The notes under the pieces were generated by a model. It was not told the origin of the DNA. It saw only the letters and a program-made list of their open reading frames with translations, and did no database searches. Shown here in pieces: positions 1 to 11,204 of a stretch of 64,000 nt of DNA. The first letter of the stretch is position 1, and each line of letters opens with the position of its first letter. This stretch comes from Tubiluchus corallicola (lineage: Eukaryota; Animalia; Priapulida): NCBI GenBank assembly GCA_030141605.1, contig JAQGDQ010001039.1:4296-68295 (forward strand), read 5' to 3'. The position numbers were made by a program, and so were the translations under genes.

Positions 1-729
1 ATTTATTCAAAGTATTGCATCTACATTTGACTTACCTAAGTCACATTTGAGTTACCAAAACACATTCGAAATTCCTATGTCTACATTTGACTTACCTAAG
101 TCACATTTGAACGTCACATCACTATCATTATTGTTACCTGTTACTTTATTTACCTATACTCCATTAGCCAATAGAAGTGCCTCCATCTGCGACAATAGCG
201 ATCGCACGCTAGCGAGGCTTCCTTAAAAGGTGCCATCGAAACAAGGGAAGGACGTGTTATCAGTGCTACTGTGAGATTCTGACTGTGAGACGACATTCGT
301 TTGACGATTTTCTCGTCCATCGCAAATGATGTGAAAGGGGCTTTAAGTTATATGAGCTATTTCGATTTTGTCGCCATCAGAACGTCTGTTTGTGTGATTG
401 TTGCAATATCAGTTCAGTTCATTTCGCAAAGCTCATTTCGCGGAAAAATTCAATTAAATTTTATTTCGTTAGTGTTCATTAGTGAAAGTTTCATTAGGAA
501 AAAAAGAATTCATTAGTGAAAGTATCGATTGTCAGTACAAACAGCTTTAGCGAACATAAACATTTACACGAAAAGTCAGACATTGTAAAGAAAATGTGAG
601 TGCTGTATGTACATACGAAATAACCTTTTTCAGTGTTTCGTTGTGCGCAGGCGTAATTGCTGCAGGTCAAAGGTTAAGTGTACCACTGCAACGCGTCTTA
701 ACTACAATCGTCACGTGGCATGTGGGCAA

Positions 730-1150
730 AGCAAAACATCAGTTCAGTAGTCTTACGATGATTTTACATAATTATGCATTAGTCTGTGTGTAGAGTTATT
801 TACTAGCAGAATCTTGCTTGGAAGCAAGAAAACATTAATAGGTAAGGTTCTAGTAAACTGTTAAAACTGTTACTATTACAGCAAATCCCAGTTGAGTAAC
901 TTCAGTATTTTACGTTGACTTTACTTAAGTTATGCATTAGTCTGTGTGTAGAGTGATACACTATCAGAATCTTGCTTGGGAACAAGAAAACATTAACTAG
1001 GTAAGTTTCTAGTAAGCTGTAAAACTGTTACTATTACAGCAAAGCCCAGTTCAGTACCTTCAGTTTTTTACGTGGACTTTACTTAATTATGCATTAGTCT
1101 CTGTGGGATCTTACTTTGAAACAAGAAACTATTAACTAGGTAAGGTTCTA
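730..1150. repeat. ~158-bp tandem repeat (about 3 units) upstream of the unknown ORF
   Basis: TTATGCATTAGTCT recurs at ~772, 930 and 1088; the duplicated region has only 2 units (~21847, 22004). Confidence 0.8.
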
Positions 1151-1594
1151 CAACTAGCATTCGTGCCTTTTCTTAATTACTATCACAATAGCATGGGCTG
1201 TGAGGCGTTGTCAATTGTACGCTAATGCGCTGTCTGGTACACTTAACCTTTGACCTTTTCACGATCATCATCAATCGCTGTGAAAAGTCTTATTGCTACT
1301 TATTGAGAATTTCTACTTCATTTTGTGGACGAATACCGTTACGGAGTGTTGCGCCGTTCTATATTTTTTTGCTATTTTATTGATTTTTGGTTTCATTTTT
1401 CGTTAAACAGACTTGCATAAACAGAATATCAGCTTAACTCAAAAGTAAGAGTGGCAACACACGCGATACTGATCACCACAAATTTGCAGCGATTATTAAT
1501 CTGAAAAAATATCAGTGTTAGCAGTGATGGGTTTCGAACTCTGGACCTTATAATCTACTATTTACAGCACTGCTAAACTGTTTGACGACAGATA

Positions 1595-2767
1595 GTGATG
1601 TGTGCAAAGCAAGAATTACTAATCACGAATATGGCAAGAGAAACGACGAATGACAACCACGCGACATCAAACAATTTTCTTACGGCAACGGAAACGGATA
1701 CTACTAGTGAAATGCCACACGATGTGGTATCGCCAATGTTCACGTTTCCTAAAAATTCACCAATTCGTCCGTATACGGCGGACACCAGTTTATTCTGGAC
1801 TTGGCACTTGTGGCGGAGTCTGGCGGACACTGCGCGCAACAAAGAGTTGCTTTTCCAGAAAACGCAAAGTGCAGATTACGGTGCAAATTCAAGAAACTAT
1901 GATGAAGTCAGCAGCGATGGAGATTTTTTATCACTCCAATCAGAAAAGGGGTGCAGATCTTCTGGATTTGTGAACGAAACGAAGCAAGAAAGGTCACGTT
2001 CAGGTGAAAGGTCAACGTTTTTAACCCGGAACGATTTAGGGTTGAAAAGAACTTTCGAAAGAAAAACTATTAATGATATTGGTCAACATCATTGCGTCAG
2101 GGACGTTTATGTTAAACAAACACAGAAAAATGCCGATGCGCCTGACTATGACGAAGCTGAACAAAGTTGTAACCCTATAGTGGACGAACAAGTAGAATTT
2201 AGAACCAAAGGAGATCAATTTTCCACATACAATGAGTGTAGCAGCGGCACGGACGTGGAAAAGGTCCAGCATTGGCTAAACAACCGCTGTCCAGATAATC
2301 CAAGCAATGGAAGCTTACTGCACAAGTTAAGCATAAGCAAATCCGGCAAGCATTTATCGGCCTTCCGACCGTACGTGCCCCCTGTGACGTCACGTCGACG
2401 TGATCGGGTAACCAGCAGAGCTAAATCCGTTGTAAACGTTAGTTATATTACGCGAAACTTTCAGAACATTTACCCATGCTCAACGCCCAAGGGAGAGACC
2501 GAGCGACCCGAACACTCGAACCAAGGTCACAGATGTGTCAGAGATTCTAAGAACTTCTCGAAGCACAAGAACCACAGCCCGACCAAAAGGTTCGAAAGCG
2601 GCAAAAAGATGCGCCCAAGGAGCGAACTTGTCAATGGCAAAGTTTCGGCTAAAATCAAGGCGCTTTTGACGAAGGAGAGAAAGAGGACTCTGCTAACTGT
2701 AGTTGGGTACGAGGCCGTGATCAGGTACATGCTAGAGCAAAAGCATTTGTTACGTAGCTTCAACTGA
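1595..2767 (+). CDS. Uncharacterised intronless 390-aa hydrophilic protein, copy 1
   Basis: Long ORF in AT-rich DNA; frame kept open in the paralog at 22508-23710 (main length difference is an in-frame 30-nt indel). No recognisable domain. Confidence 0.6.
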   Translation: MMCAKQELLITNMARETTNDNHATSNNFLTATETDTTSEMPHDVVSPMFTFPKNSPIRPYTADTSLFWTWHLWRSLADTARNKELLFQKTQSADYGANSRNYDEVSSDGDFLSLQSEKGCRSSGFVNETKQERSRSGERSTFLTRNDLGLKRTFERKTINDIGQHHCVRDVYVKQTQKNADAPDYDEAEQSCNPIVDEQVEFRTKGDQFSTYNECSSGTDVEKVQHWLNNRCPDNPSNGSLLHKLSISKSGKHLSAFRPYVPPVTSRRRDRVTSRAKSVVNVSYITRNFQNIYPCSTPKGETERPEHSNQGHRCVRDSKNFSKHKNHSPTKRFESGKKMRPRSELVNGKVSAKIKALLTKERKRTLLTVVGYEAVIRYMLEQKHLLRSFN

Positions 2768-3467
2768 TGGATATGACGAAGGAGAGAAAGAGGACTCTGC
2801 TAACTGTAGTTGGGTATGAGGCAGTGATCAGGTACATCCTAGAGCAAAAGCATTTGTTACGTAGCTTCAACTGATGGATATGAAGAAGGAGAGAAAGAGG
2901 ACTCTGCTAACTGTAGTTGGGTATGAGGCACATGCTAGAGCAGGGGTGTGCCACTTGCGGCCCGCCGAGAGAATTTGTGCGGCCCGCGAATAGATTTGTC
3001 AACCTAATGAAAGTGTGGCCCGGGCGATTAATTGAGTGTATCCAGCTGAAGTCCGTGCCACGATCCCAAAGATAGTGCAGGTAGTTTTTTCTACTAGATC
3101 GGATGCCATTAACCCTTACATGACGGTTGTAGCTTAATGTCACTGTACTACACAGACTGTGTGATACACATTACTAATATCTGCATTGTAATGAAATTAC
3201 CACTATCTGTCCTGAAAGTAGGAATATATGGTTTGTAATATAAATTATAATAACTTCTAAAATAGTTTCTTGAGTGTAATAGTAATGATGTGCGCAAATC
3301 GGATGCAAAAAAGATCATTATTAGGTCCTACTGTACTTGGCTCCTTGATCAAACTGCCTGTGGCCCGCAGGAATTGCGGGAAAGTTTAACGTGGCCCGGC
3401 TAGTCAGATAATTTGCACACCGCTGTCCTAGAGCAAAAGCGTTTGTTACGTAGGTTCAACTGATGGA
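2667..3467 (+). repeat. 107-bp tandem triplication of the ORF 3' end; third unit interrupted by a MITE
   Basis: TGACGAAGGAGAGAAAGAGG... starts at 2667, 2774 and 2881; the third unit resumes after 3425. Confidence 0.9.
2941..3425. mobile_element. hAT (Charlie-like) non-autonomous MITE, 485 bp
   Basis: Termini CAGGGGTGTGC...GCACACCGCTG; 8-bp target duplication TGCTAGAG/TCCTAGAG; subterminal GCGGCCCG motifs. Confidence 0.85.
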
Positions 3468-4136
3468 TCGTTACTGTCTCTGAGAGGCATTTATGACAAA
3501 TCTTCAAAAGTCTCAGTTGAATTTCATATAAACCATTGATCTTTATTTCTGCAATATTTAAAAATTAAAATAGAAAAGCACAAGTGACTGAAATTGGCTA
3601 ATTTTATGAAAAGTTACTTAGTTTAGATGGATTGACAGTTATTTAGTCCATTCAAAAATATCAATGAATAAATCAAAATAAAAATTAAATAGAAATAAAC
3701 TTACATCGTTGTGGCATATATCTAATGAAATATTTCGCTAGCTTGCACAAGATACTACAGAACAGCATAACGAAAACATAACTAGGTCAATGCCCACACT
3801 TTAAACTTTCCAGCTAGATGGAGCCACCTTAGCTACAAAATTAGAATTTATTAAGTCAAGTTCACACTGGAATTAATAGATATGTCGAAGTAATCATTCA
3901 TTCACACTGAACTTTTGACAAACGCCATTCGACTTTCGCTAGTTCTTTCTCTATGAGAATCGTTTATTTGTTTTATTTTGTAAATATGATATTAATAAAA
4001 AGTTGGCTTAACAATTTTTCGTCTTCTCAGCTTTTTCCTGGCGTCTAGCAACAGGTTGACTGCAAGACCTTACCTTAACTCATTCTACCCTACATGTCAA
4101 ACGCAGAAAGAAAGATACAATTCGTTATCTTTTTAA

Positions 4137-4490
4137 AGGAAAACCGGATGAATGCGTAAACATTAGTTCAGAATAAAGAATGCACTAAAATATTGAAAAC
4201 TACAACAGCTTTTTTAAATCGAAGCTTACATTAAATAATAATTACCTCGGATACTCAAATTTCGTCAAAATTTCAAAGCGACGCGCGGCTCAGAGAATCT
4301 ACTAACATTGGCAGCGGAGCCTTTTTGTCACATTTGCGCGGCCGACAAATAGAAGGCGGTACCGTGATAACCATGATCATGTACTAAAGTGTTAGTTTTT
4401 GACGTCATGTGACGTAGAGCCATTTTCGTGAAATCAGGGGTTTAAACAGTAACATTCACGCAAACGTGCTTGACGCGCAAGGGAAGATGC
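4137..4490. mobile_element. Kolobok-like MITE, 3'-truncated copy
   Basis: Starts TTAA|AGGAAAACCGGATG; aligns with 4869-5402 and 24973-25506, then stops near 4490. Confidence 0.7.
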
Positions 4491-4868
4491 CATACTGAAG
4501 TTTGCCCTGAATAATAAAGATGAAGTCATTAACTTATATTGAAATGTTTACTCCTACTATCATTTTATTGTATCTGATTTATGATTAGAAAATAAACTGG
4601 TTAAACTTAATTTTCTTTGTTTGTATTTTCTTCCCGCATGTTCAATGTAATCCAATTTGGTACACGTATGCAGAAATGGACCCAAACTTCTCACCTATAC
4701 CACTATTATAGTGAGGTTAATGTACTGTGGTGCACACAATTCAATCCCCTAGACAACAAAAAGAATAATAATGCCAAACAGTGCAAACCACATTACAGTA
4801 GTAATACGCTACATCTGTTTGCTAATAGATTCAGGCGGCTAATTGGTCAAAATGCTTTCGCTCATTAA

Positions 4869-5402
4869 AGGAAAACCGGATGATTGTGTAAACTTTAGTT
4901 CAAAATAAAGAATGCTCGAAAATATTGAAAACTACAATAGCTTTATGTAAATCAAAGCTTAGATTAAATAATACTCAAAGATTTCGTTAAACTTTCAAAG
5001 CTACTTGCGGCTCAGTAAATCTACTAAGATTGGCAACAGTACCGTTTTGTCACATTCGCGTGGCCGACAAATATAAGGCTGTACCGTGAAAAGCATGGTC
5101 ATGAACTGATGAGTTAGTTTCTGATGTCATATGCCGTAGGACCCATTTTCGTGACATCATGCATTTAAACAGTACCGTAACACTTATACAAATGTGCGTG
5201 CCGTGCAAGGAAGACACCTGCCATTGCACAAACTGCAGTTAGTTTCTGACGTAAGCAATAGCTGTGTTCTATTGCCGTTAATTAATTTTCCAAGCTAATT
5301 ATTTAAATATAAGAAACAATTGCTAACTTTCATAGGCAAGATAATGTATATTTTGGACAGTAAATTAAAATGAGATTGAGTCTAAAAACGTCCGGTCTTC
5401 CT
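4869..5402. mobile_element. Kolobok-like MITE, full copy (~534 bp)
   Basis: TTAA on both sides; TIR AGGAAAACCGGATG / CGTCCGGTCTTCCT. TTAA target plus purine-purine termini is the Kolobok pattern. Confidence 0.75.
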
Positions 5403-5682
5403 TTAAGCGCTATAAAAGTTTCCAAATTTGAACCAAACATCCTTCCAGGACAAAATAAGTTGCTGCACTTGAAGCAATAAGTGCTACATGGTTTAGCCAG
5501 GTGACTTGACAAAAGCATTTCATCTTGTTTTATTCTAATTATTTTAAATCCGAATTTTTACAAATTTTCGTACATTGTGTAATTGTACAACGAAGTCTTA
5601 AGTACAACGGCGTAAAACAATTTTAAGGAGTAATTTAGCTGTTCCCGTGTAGCAATTAGGCTGTTAGTATGAATTTGGCTGT

Positions 5683-8600
5683 CTATACATCTTGGGAAGC
5701 TGGGCTTTCATAGTCTGTATCTGATTCTTCCTTTTCATCATCTTCTCCTGTTTGCGATTCTTCTTCTCTCTCCTCCTGTTCGTACGAACCAGATACTGAC
5801 GTTGAAGATATCACGACAGTTAGTTTTTGCATTCTTTGTTGATGAAGTATGGTTAAGCCAGTCAATATAATAATTACGTAGAGAAAAGCCATGGTGACAG
5901 CAAGAATTCCAACCGTGTCCAGTGAAGTCCTCTGGCGAGTATCGCCTCCGGTTTGTAAATAATCTGATGGAAGAATGCAGATTTTGCCACAAGATTCGTA
6001 CTCACAGCATTTTTCAATTCCACCACAGTCATTATCCTTGCTACAAGACGCAGTTAGACATTTGCTTTTATTAACTTTTTCCTTACTGGGACATATTCCT
6101 TCCTTAATAAGTATGTTGCAATTTTCACCAGAAAATAGTTCGAGACATTTACACCTGTAAATGCTGTCTTCACTAGTGCATGTTCCACTGTACAGACATG
6201 GGTATGAAGCACAAGGGTCAGACATGTTGCAGTTGGCCCCTTGGTATCCTTGTGCACATGAACACGTATATGATTCTGTCGCATTTAAATTATTGCATGT
6301 TCCACCGTTCTGGCATGGATTTGAAGAACAGGGAACAAACGTTTCACAATTATCTCCAACATATCCTTCTTCGCAAGAACATGCATACGAGTTCGTCATA
6401 TTTGTGCATGTTCCACCGTTCTGGCATGGATTTGAAGAACAGGGAACAAACGTTTCACAATTATCTCCAACATATCCTTCTTCGCAAGAACATGCATACG
6501 AGCTGGTCATATTTGTGCATGTTCCACCGTTCTGGCATGGATTTGAAGAACAGGGAACAAACGTTTCACAAATATCTCCAACATATCCTTCTTCGCAAGA
6601 ACATGCATACGAGTTGGTCATATTTGTGCATGTTCCACCGTTCTGGCATGGATTTGACGAACAGGGGTCAAATGTTTCACAGTTATCTCCAACATATCCT
6701 TCTTCACAAGAGCACGTGTATGTGTCCTGCATATTTCTGCATGTTCCACCGTTCTGGCATGGATTTGAAGAACAGGGAACAAACGTTTCACAATTATCTC
6801 CAACGTGTCCTTCTTCACAAGAACATGCATACGAGTTGGTCATATTTGTGCATGTTCCATCATTCTGACATGGATTTGACGAACAGGGGTCAAATGTCTC
6901 ACAATTATCACCAACATATCTTTCTTCACAAGAGCATGTGTAGTTGTCCTGCACATTTGTGCATGATCCACCATTCTGACATGGATTTGTAGAACAGGGA
7001 ACAAACGTTTCACAATTATCTCCAAAATATCCTTCTTGGCAAGAACATGCATACGACTTGGTCATATTTGTGCATGTTCCACCATTTTGACATGGATTAG
7101 AAGAGCAGGGATCAAATACGTTACAGTTAGTTCCTGTATACCCATGTGCACAGGAGCATGTGTATGAGTTTGTCATATTATTGCAGGTTCCACCATTTTG
7201 ACATGGATTTGAAGAGCAGGGATCAAATACGTTACAGTTAGTTCCTGTATACCCATGTGCACAAGAGCATGTGTATGAGTTTGTCATATTATTGCAGGTT
7301 CCACTATTTTGACATGGATTTGAAGAGCAAGGATCAAATACGTTACAGTTAGTTCCTGTATACCCTTGTGCACAAGAGCATGTGTATGAGTTCGTCATAT
7401 TATTGCAGGTTCCAATATTTTGACATGGATTTGAAGAACAAGGATCAAATACGTTACAGTCAGTTCCTGTATACCCTTGTGCACAGGAGCATGTGTATGA
7501 GTTCGTCATATTATTGCAGGTTCCACCATTTTGACATGGATTAGAAGAGCAGGGATCAAATACGTTACAGTTAGTTCCTGTATACCCATGTGCACAGGAG
7601 CATGTGTATGAGTTTGTCATATTATTGCAGGTTCCACCATTTTGACATGGATTTGAAGAGCAGGGATCAAGTACGTTACAGTTAGTTCCTGTATACCCAT
7701 GTGCACAGGAGCATGTGTATGAGTTTGTCATATTATTGCAGGTTCCACTATTTTGACATGGATTTGAAGAGCAAGGATCATATACGTTACAGTTAGTTCC
7801 TGTATACCCTTGTGCACAAGAGCATGTGTATGAGTTCGTCATATTATTGCAGGTTCCAATATTTTGACATGGATTTGAAGAGCAAGGATCAAATACGTTA
7901 CAGTCAGTTCCTGTATACCCTTGTGCACAGGAGCATGTGTATGAGTTCGTCATATTATTGCAGGTTCCACCATTTTGACATGGATTAGAAGAGCAGGGAT
8001 CAAATACGTTACAGTTAGTTCCTGTATACCCATGTGCACAGGAGCATGTGTATGAGTTCGTCATATTATTGCAGGTTCCACCATTTTGACATGGATTAGA
8101 AGAGCAGGGATCAAATACGTTACAGTTAGTTCCTGTATACCCATGTGTACAGGAGCATGTGTATGAGTTTGTCATATTATTGCAGGTTCCACTATTTTGA
8201 CATGGATTTGAAGAGCAAGGATCATATACGTTACAGTTAGTTCCTGTATACCCTTGTGCACAAGAGCATGTGTATGAGTTCGTCATATTATTGCAGGTTC
8301 CAATATTTTGACATGGATTTGAAGAGCAAGGATCAAATACGTTACAGTCAGTTCCTGTATACCCTTGTGCACAGGAGCATGTGTATGAGTTCGTCATATT
8401 ATTGCAGGTTCCACCATTTTGACATGGATTAGAAGAGCAGGGATCAAATACGTTACAGTTAGTTCCTGTATACCCATGTGTACAGGAGCATGTGTATGAG
8501 TTTGTCATATTATTGCAGGTTCCACCATTTTGACATGGATTTGAAGAGCAGGGATCAAGTACGTTACAGTTAGTTCCTGTATACCCATGTGTACAGGAGC

Positions 8601-9636
8601 ATGTGTATGAGTTTGTCATATTATTGCAGGTTCCACCATTTTGACATGGATTAGAAGAGCAGGGATCAAATACGTTACAGTTAGTTCCTGTATACCCTTG
8701 TGCACAGGAGCATGTGTATGAGTTTGTCATATTACTGCAGGTTCCACCATTCTGACATGGATTTGAAGAACAGGGGTCAAATGTCTCGCAATTATATCCA
8801 ACATATCCTTCTTCACAAGAGCAGGTGTATTTGTCCGTCATATTTGTGCATGATCCACCATTCTGACATGGAGTCGAAAAGCAAGGATCAAATATGCTGC
8901 ACAACTCGTCAACATAACCAGCTGGGCAGGTACAATTAAAAGCACTGTAGTAATTATGACATGTTCCAGAGTTCTGACATGGGATAGAGAAGCAGGGATT
9001 TCTTCGGTCGTCACAGACTGGCCCAATCCATTGTATGACGCTTCGGTTGCAAATGCATTTATAGTACGAAAAATCGGTCTCGTATTGATATATGCATTCG
9101 GCAATGTTGTCTCCACATTCTTCACAGGACGATGGAGGATGACGGACTTCGATTAGTACCTCAACAGCAGGATTTGTTGCTGCTTCATTTCTTTCAAAGG
9201 TAACACATAGTGTTGGATAATTAATTGATGTCCTTATTGAAACTTGATACCAGCTTACGTATTTGTTACAAAAATTGGCAGATGCCCTTTTCTTACCTGA
9301 TGTTAAATTTGTCGAATATATGTATACTGAGTCGTCATTGCCACACGGAAGGTCCATGTTCCGCAAACCAAAGAATATCGCTTGCTGGGGGTCACTGATA
9401 TCTTTTGTAACACACACTTCTCGTAGGAGCGAGTTGGACCCGTTGTCATTGTACTGCATCGGTTCAGCTATGATAGATACGTTTTGAGCTAGAAGTTCCT
9501 CTCGATAGTTTTGATTTCCGACCTTATGCGGATACAATACTTTAAAATTATTTGGATATTTCTTATTCCAGGGTCTAGTGCTTAAAGTGTCTTTAAAAAA
9601 ATACAGCAAAAATAGCGATGCAAACAATTTCTTCAT
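5683..9636 (-). CDS. Intronless type I membrane protein: signal peptide, CUB-like N-domain, 26 EGF repeats, WAP domain, TM, acidic tail (paralog A)
   Basis: 1317-aa ORF; signal MKKLFASLFLLYFF; 37-aa units DPCSSNPCQNGGTC...C.C..GY.G..C; WAP-type KEGICP...C...C..DNDCGGIEKCC...CGKIC..P; TM ILAVTMAFLYVIIILTGLTIL. The CUB-like label is tentative. Confidence 0.93.
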   Translation of the reverse strand: MKKLFASLFLLYFFKDTLSTRPWNKKYPNNFKVLYPHKVGNQNYREELLAQNVSIIAEPMQYNDNGSNSLLREVCVTKDISDPQQAIFFGLRNMDLPCGNDDSVYIYSTNLTSGKKRASANFCNKYVSWYQVSIRTSINYPTLCVTFERNEAATNPAVEVLIEVRHPPSSCEECGDNIAECIYQYETDFSYYKCICNRSVIQWIGPVCDDRRNPCFSIPCQNSGTCHNYYSAFNCTCPAGYVDELCSIFDPCFSTPCQNGGSCTNMTDKYTCSCEEGYVGYNCETFDPCSSNPCQNGGTCSNMTNSYTCSCAQGYTGTNCNVFDPCSSNPCQNGGTCNNMTNSYTCSCTHGYTGTNCNVLDPCSSNPCQNGGTCNNMTNSYTCSCTHGYTGTNCNVFDPCSSNPCQNGGTCNNMTNSYTCSCAQGYTGTDCNVFDPCSSNPCQNIGTCNNMTNSYTCSCAQGYTGTNCNVYDPCSSNPCQNSGTCNNMTNSYTCSCTHGYTGTNCNVFDPCSSNPCQNGGTCNNMTNSYTCSCAHGYTGTNCNVFDPCSSNPCQNGGTCNNMTNSYTCSCAQGYTGTDCNVFDPCSSNPCQNIGTCNNMTNSYTCSCAQGYTGTNCNVYDPCSSNPCQNSGTCNNMTNSYTCSCAHGYTGTNCNVLDPCSSNPCQNGGTCNNMTNSYTCSCAHGYTGTNCNVFDPCSSNPCQNGGTCNNMTNSYTCSCAQGYTGTDCNVFDPCSSNPCQNIGTCNNMTNSYTCSCAQGYTGTNCNVFDPCSSNPCQNSGTCNNMTNSYTCSCAHGYTGTNCNVFDPCSSNPCQNGGTCNNMTNSYTCSCAHGYTGTNCNVFDPCSSNPCQNGGTCTNMTKSYACSCQEGYFGDNCETFVPCSTNPCQNGGSCTNVQDNYTCSCEERYVGDNCETFDPCSSNPCQNDGTCTNMTNSYACSCEEGHVGDNCETFVPCSSNPCQNGGTCRNMQDTYTCSCEEGYVGDNCETFDPCSSNPCQNGGTCTNMTNSYACSCEEGYVGDICETFVPCSSNPCQNGGTCTNMTSSYACSCEEGYVGDNCETFVPCSSNPCQNGGTCTNMTNSYACSCEEGYVGDNCETFVPCSSNPCQNGGTCNNLNATESYTCSCAQGYQGANCNMSDPCASYPCLYSGTCTSEDSIYRCKCLELFSGENCNILIKEGICPSKEKVNKSKCLTASCSKDNDCGGIEKCCEYESCGKICILPSDYLQTGGDTRQRTSLDTVGILAVTMAFLYVIIILTGLTILHQQRMQKLTVVISSTSVSGSYEQEEREEESQTGEDDEKEESDTDYESPASQDV
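6250..8890 (-). repeat. 111-bp coding tandem array (EGF units) with an internal 444-bp higher-order repeat
   Basis: Unit variants (GTDC / QNIG / QNSG / QNGG) recur every 4 units, three times, across EGF 6-17. Confidence 0.9.
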
Positions 9637-10370
9637 TTTGCTACCATTTAATTTAGAACACCTAATTCTAAAAGAATGACATTATTCTTCTAGCTATTCG
9701 AAATTGTTAAAAGATAATAAGCAGCAACAATGAACTTTTCAGGAAAAAACTCGTTCGAATCGAATCGAACGCCCCAAATTCATTATGAATATTACGCTAT
9801 TGGACCCTACACAAATATTTTTACTTTAGTACAAACAAGAAAAAATAATCTTCATACTGAAAAGTTAACTCGTTTCCCTGAAAGGATTTTTCCCAGAAGT
9901 ATTTTGAAAAAAATTTTTTGCCAGACAAATTTACTTCCCAGAAAAGATTTTTCCCAGAATTGCCATTTCACAGAAAATTTCTTTGCAGAACCATCATTTC
10001 ATAGAAAATAAGTCACAGAAAACGTAATTAATTTTTTCTAAAGCACAGTTAGGCAACACGCCATAAAAAGTGGTTTGTTTTGTCTACCGTATTCACAAAA
10101 TAGGGATCATATGATAAAAAAATTTGGTCAACTCGTTAAAATAATAGAATAGATTTGTAACATCAGAACAATAAGATGATAAATCATGTTGACCTTCGCA
10201 TGTACGCAATAGTGAGTAACCACGGCGTAAGACTGGCTACCAAACTTAAGCCTGGCAACTGATTTGATGGGTGACCACTTAATATTATCACTCTTAGGCA
10301 GTGTGACCTTTACTGTGATTCCGAATTATTTCGTTCGTTTCATGGTGTTTAGACAAGATGAAAGCAAGAG

Positions 10371-10391
10371 GAAGGGGGAGAGGGAGGGGGA

Positions 10392-10457
<66 letters not shown>

Positions 10458-10467
10458 AGAGAGATTA

Positions 10468-10500
<33 letters not shown>
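10371..10500. repeat. (GA)n plus (TA)n microsatellite
   Basis: Direct reading. Confidence 0.95.
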
Positions 10501-10503
<3 letters not shown>

Positions 10504-11204
10504 TAGAGCATATTTTTGTTGATAAACAAAAAGAGAGCAGAAAACGCACGTTATTCTGAAAAGACCCGTATGACCTTGTAGTAAAAACACAATTTCATAA
10601 AACAACAACAAGGGCAGATCCGAGTAAGAGTTATTGATGAAAGTAAATTGTTTCCTACTTTGTAAATATTATTTAATTATTTCTAGCTGGGATTAATACC
10701 ATAATGTTCTAATTTATTTAGCAATAAACATTTTAACTTAAGCTAAATTTATTATGTTCAGTTGATAACATTATGTTACAACTCAATCGTTTGCCTCATA
10801 CTTAAAGGATTGCGACTATCACTACCGTTATTTATTAAAACGTTGCTTAAGAACTAATTGTACGCTTTGGCTTTCGTACGTCAAACTTGCATTACCTTTG
10901 TAACCAGAGGATGTTTTGAATTAGTTTTACAATAGCGTCCAAGGACTGTGAAAAAAGATTGCATAAACTAAACAGTTGGCAAAATTTTGGTTCCACATTT
11001 CTTGCAGATTATATGTACAAGAAATATGCAAGGAAAAATGTATCCTGTTGATCCTAAACATCAACGTGCTGCATGTTTCAAAATCTAAAGCACAAGAAAA
11101 CCCCTGCACTAACACGAAGCTTAAAAAATTTGTCTCGAAATTATATACCACTTACATACTACATTTTCGTATGCATGGTTTGCATCGATGTAACGATGTA
11201 TAAT

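Noticed and set aside
1736-1830. Ion-channel similarity of MFTFPKNSPIR in the unknown ORF
   Set aside because: Short resemblance only; no transmembrane segments follow.
6161-6992. Antisense and alternate-frame ORFs over the EGF arrays (also 16544-18065)
   Set aside because: Shadows of a 111-bp repeat that lacks stops in other frames.
5683-9636. Notch, Delta, Crumbs or fibropellin ortholog
   Set aside because: No LNR/ankyrin, DSL, laminin-G or avidin domain; no gene symbol assigned.
10210-10285. Degenerate 5S-like head (CTTAAGC...GATGGGTGACCAC)
   Set aside because: Too short and diverged to call by eye.
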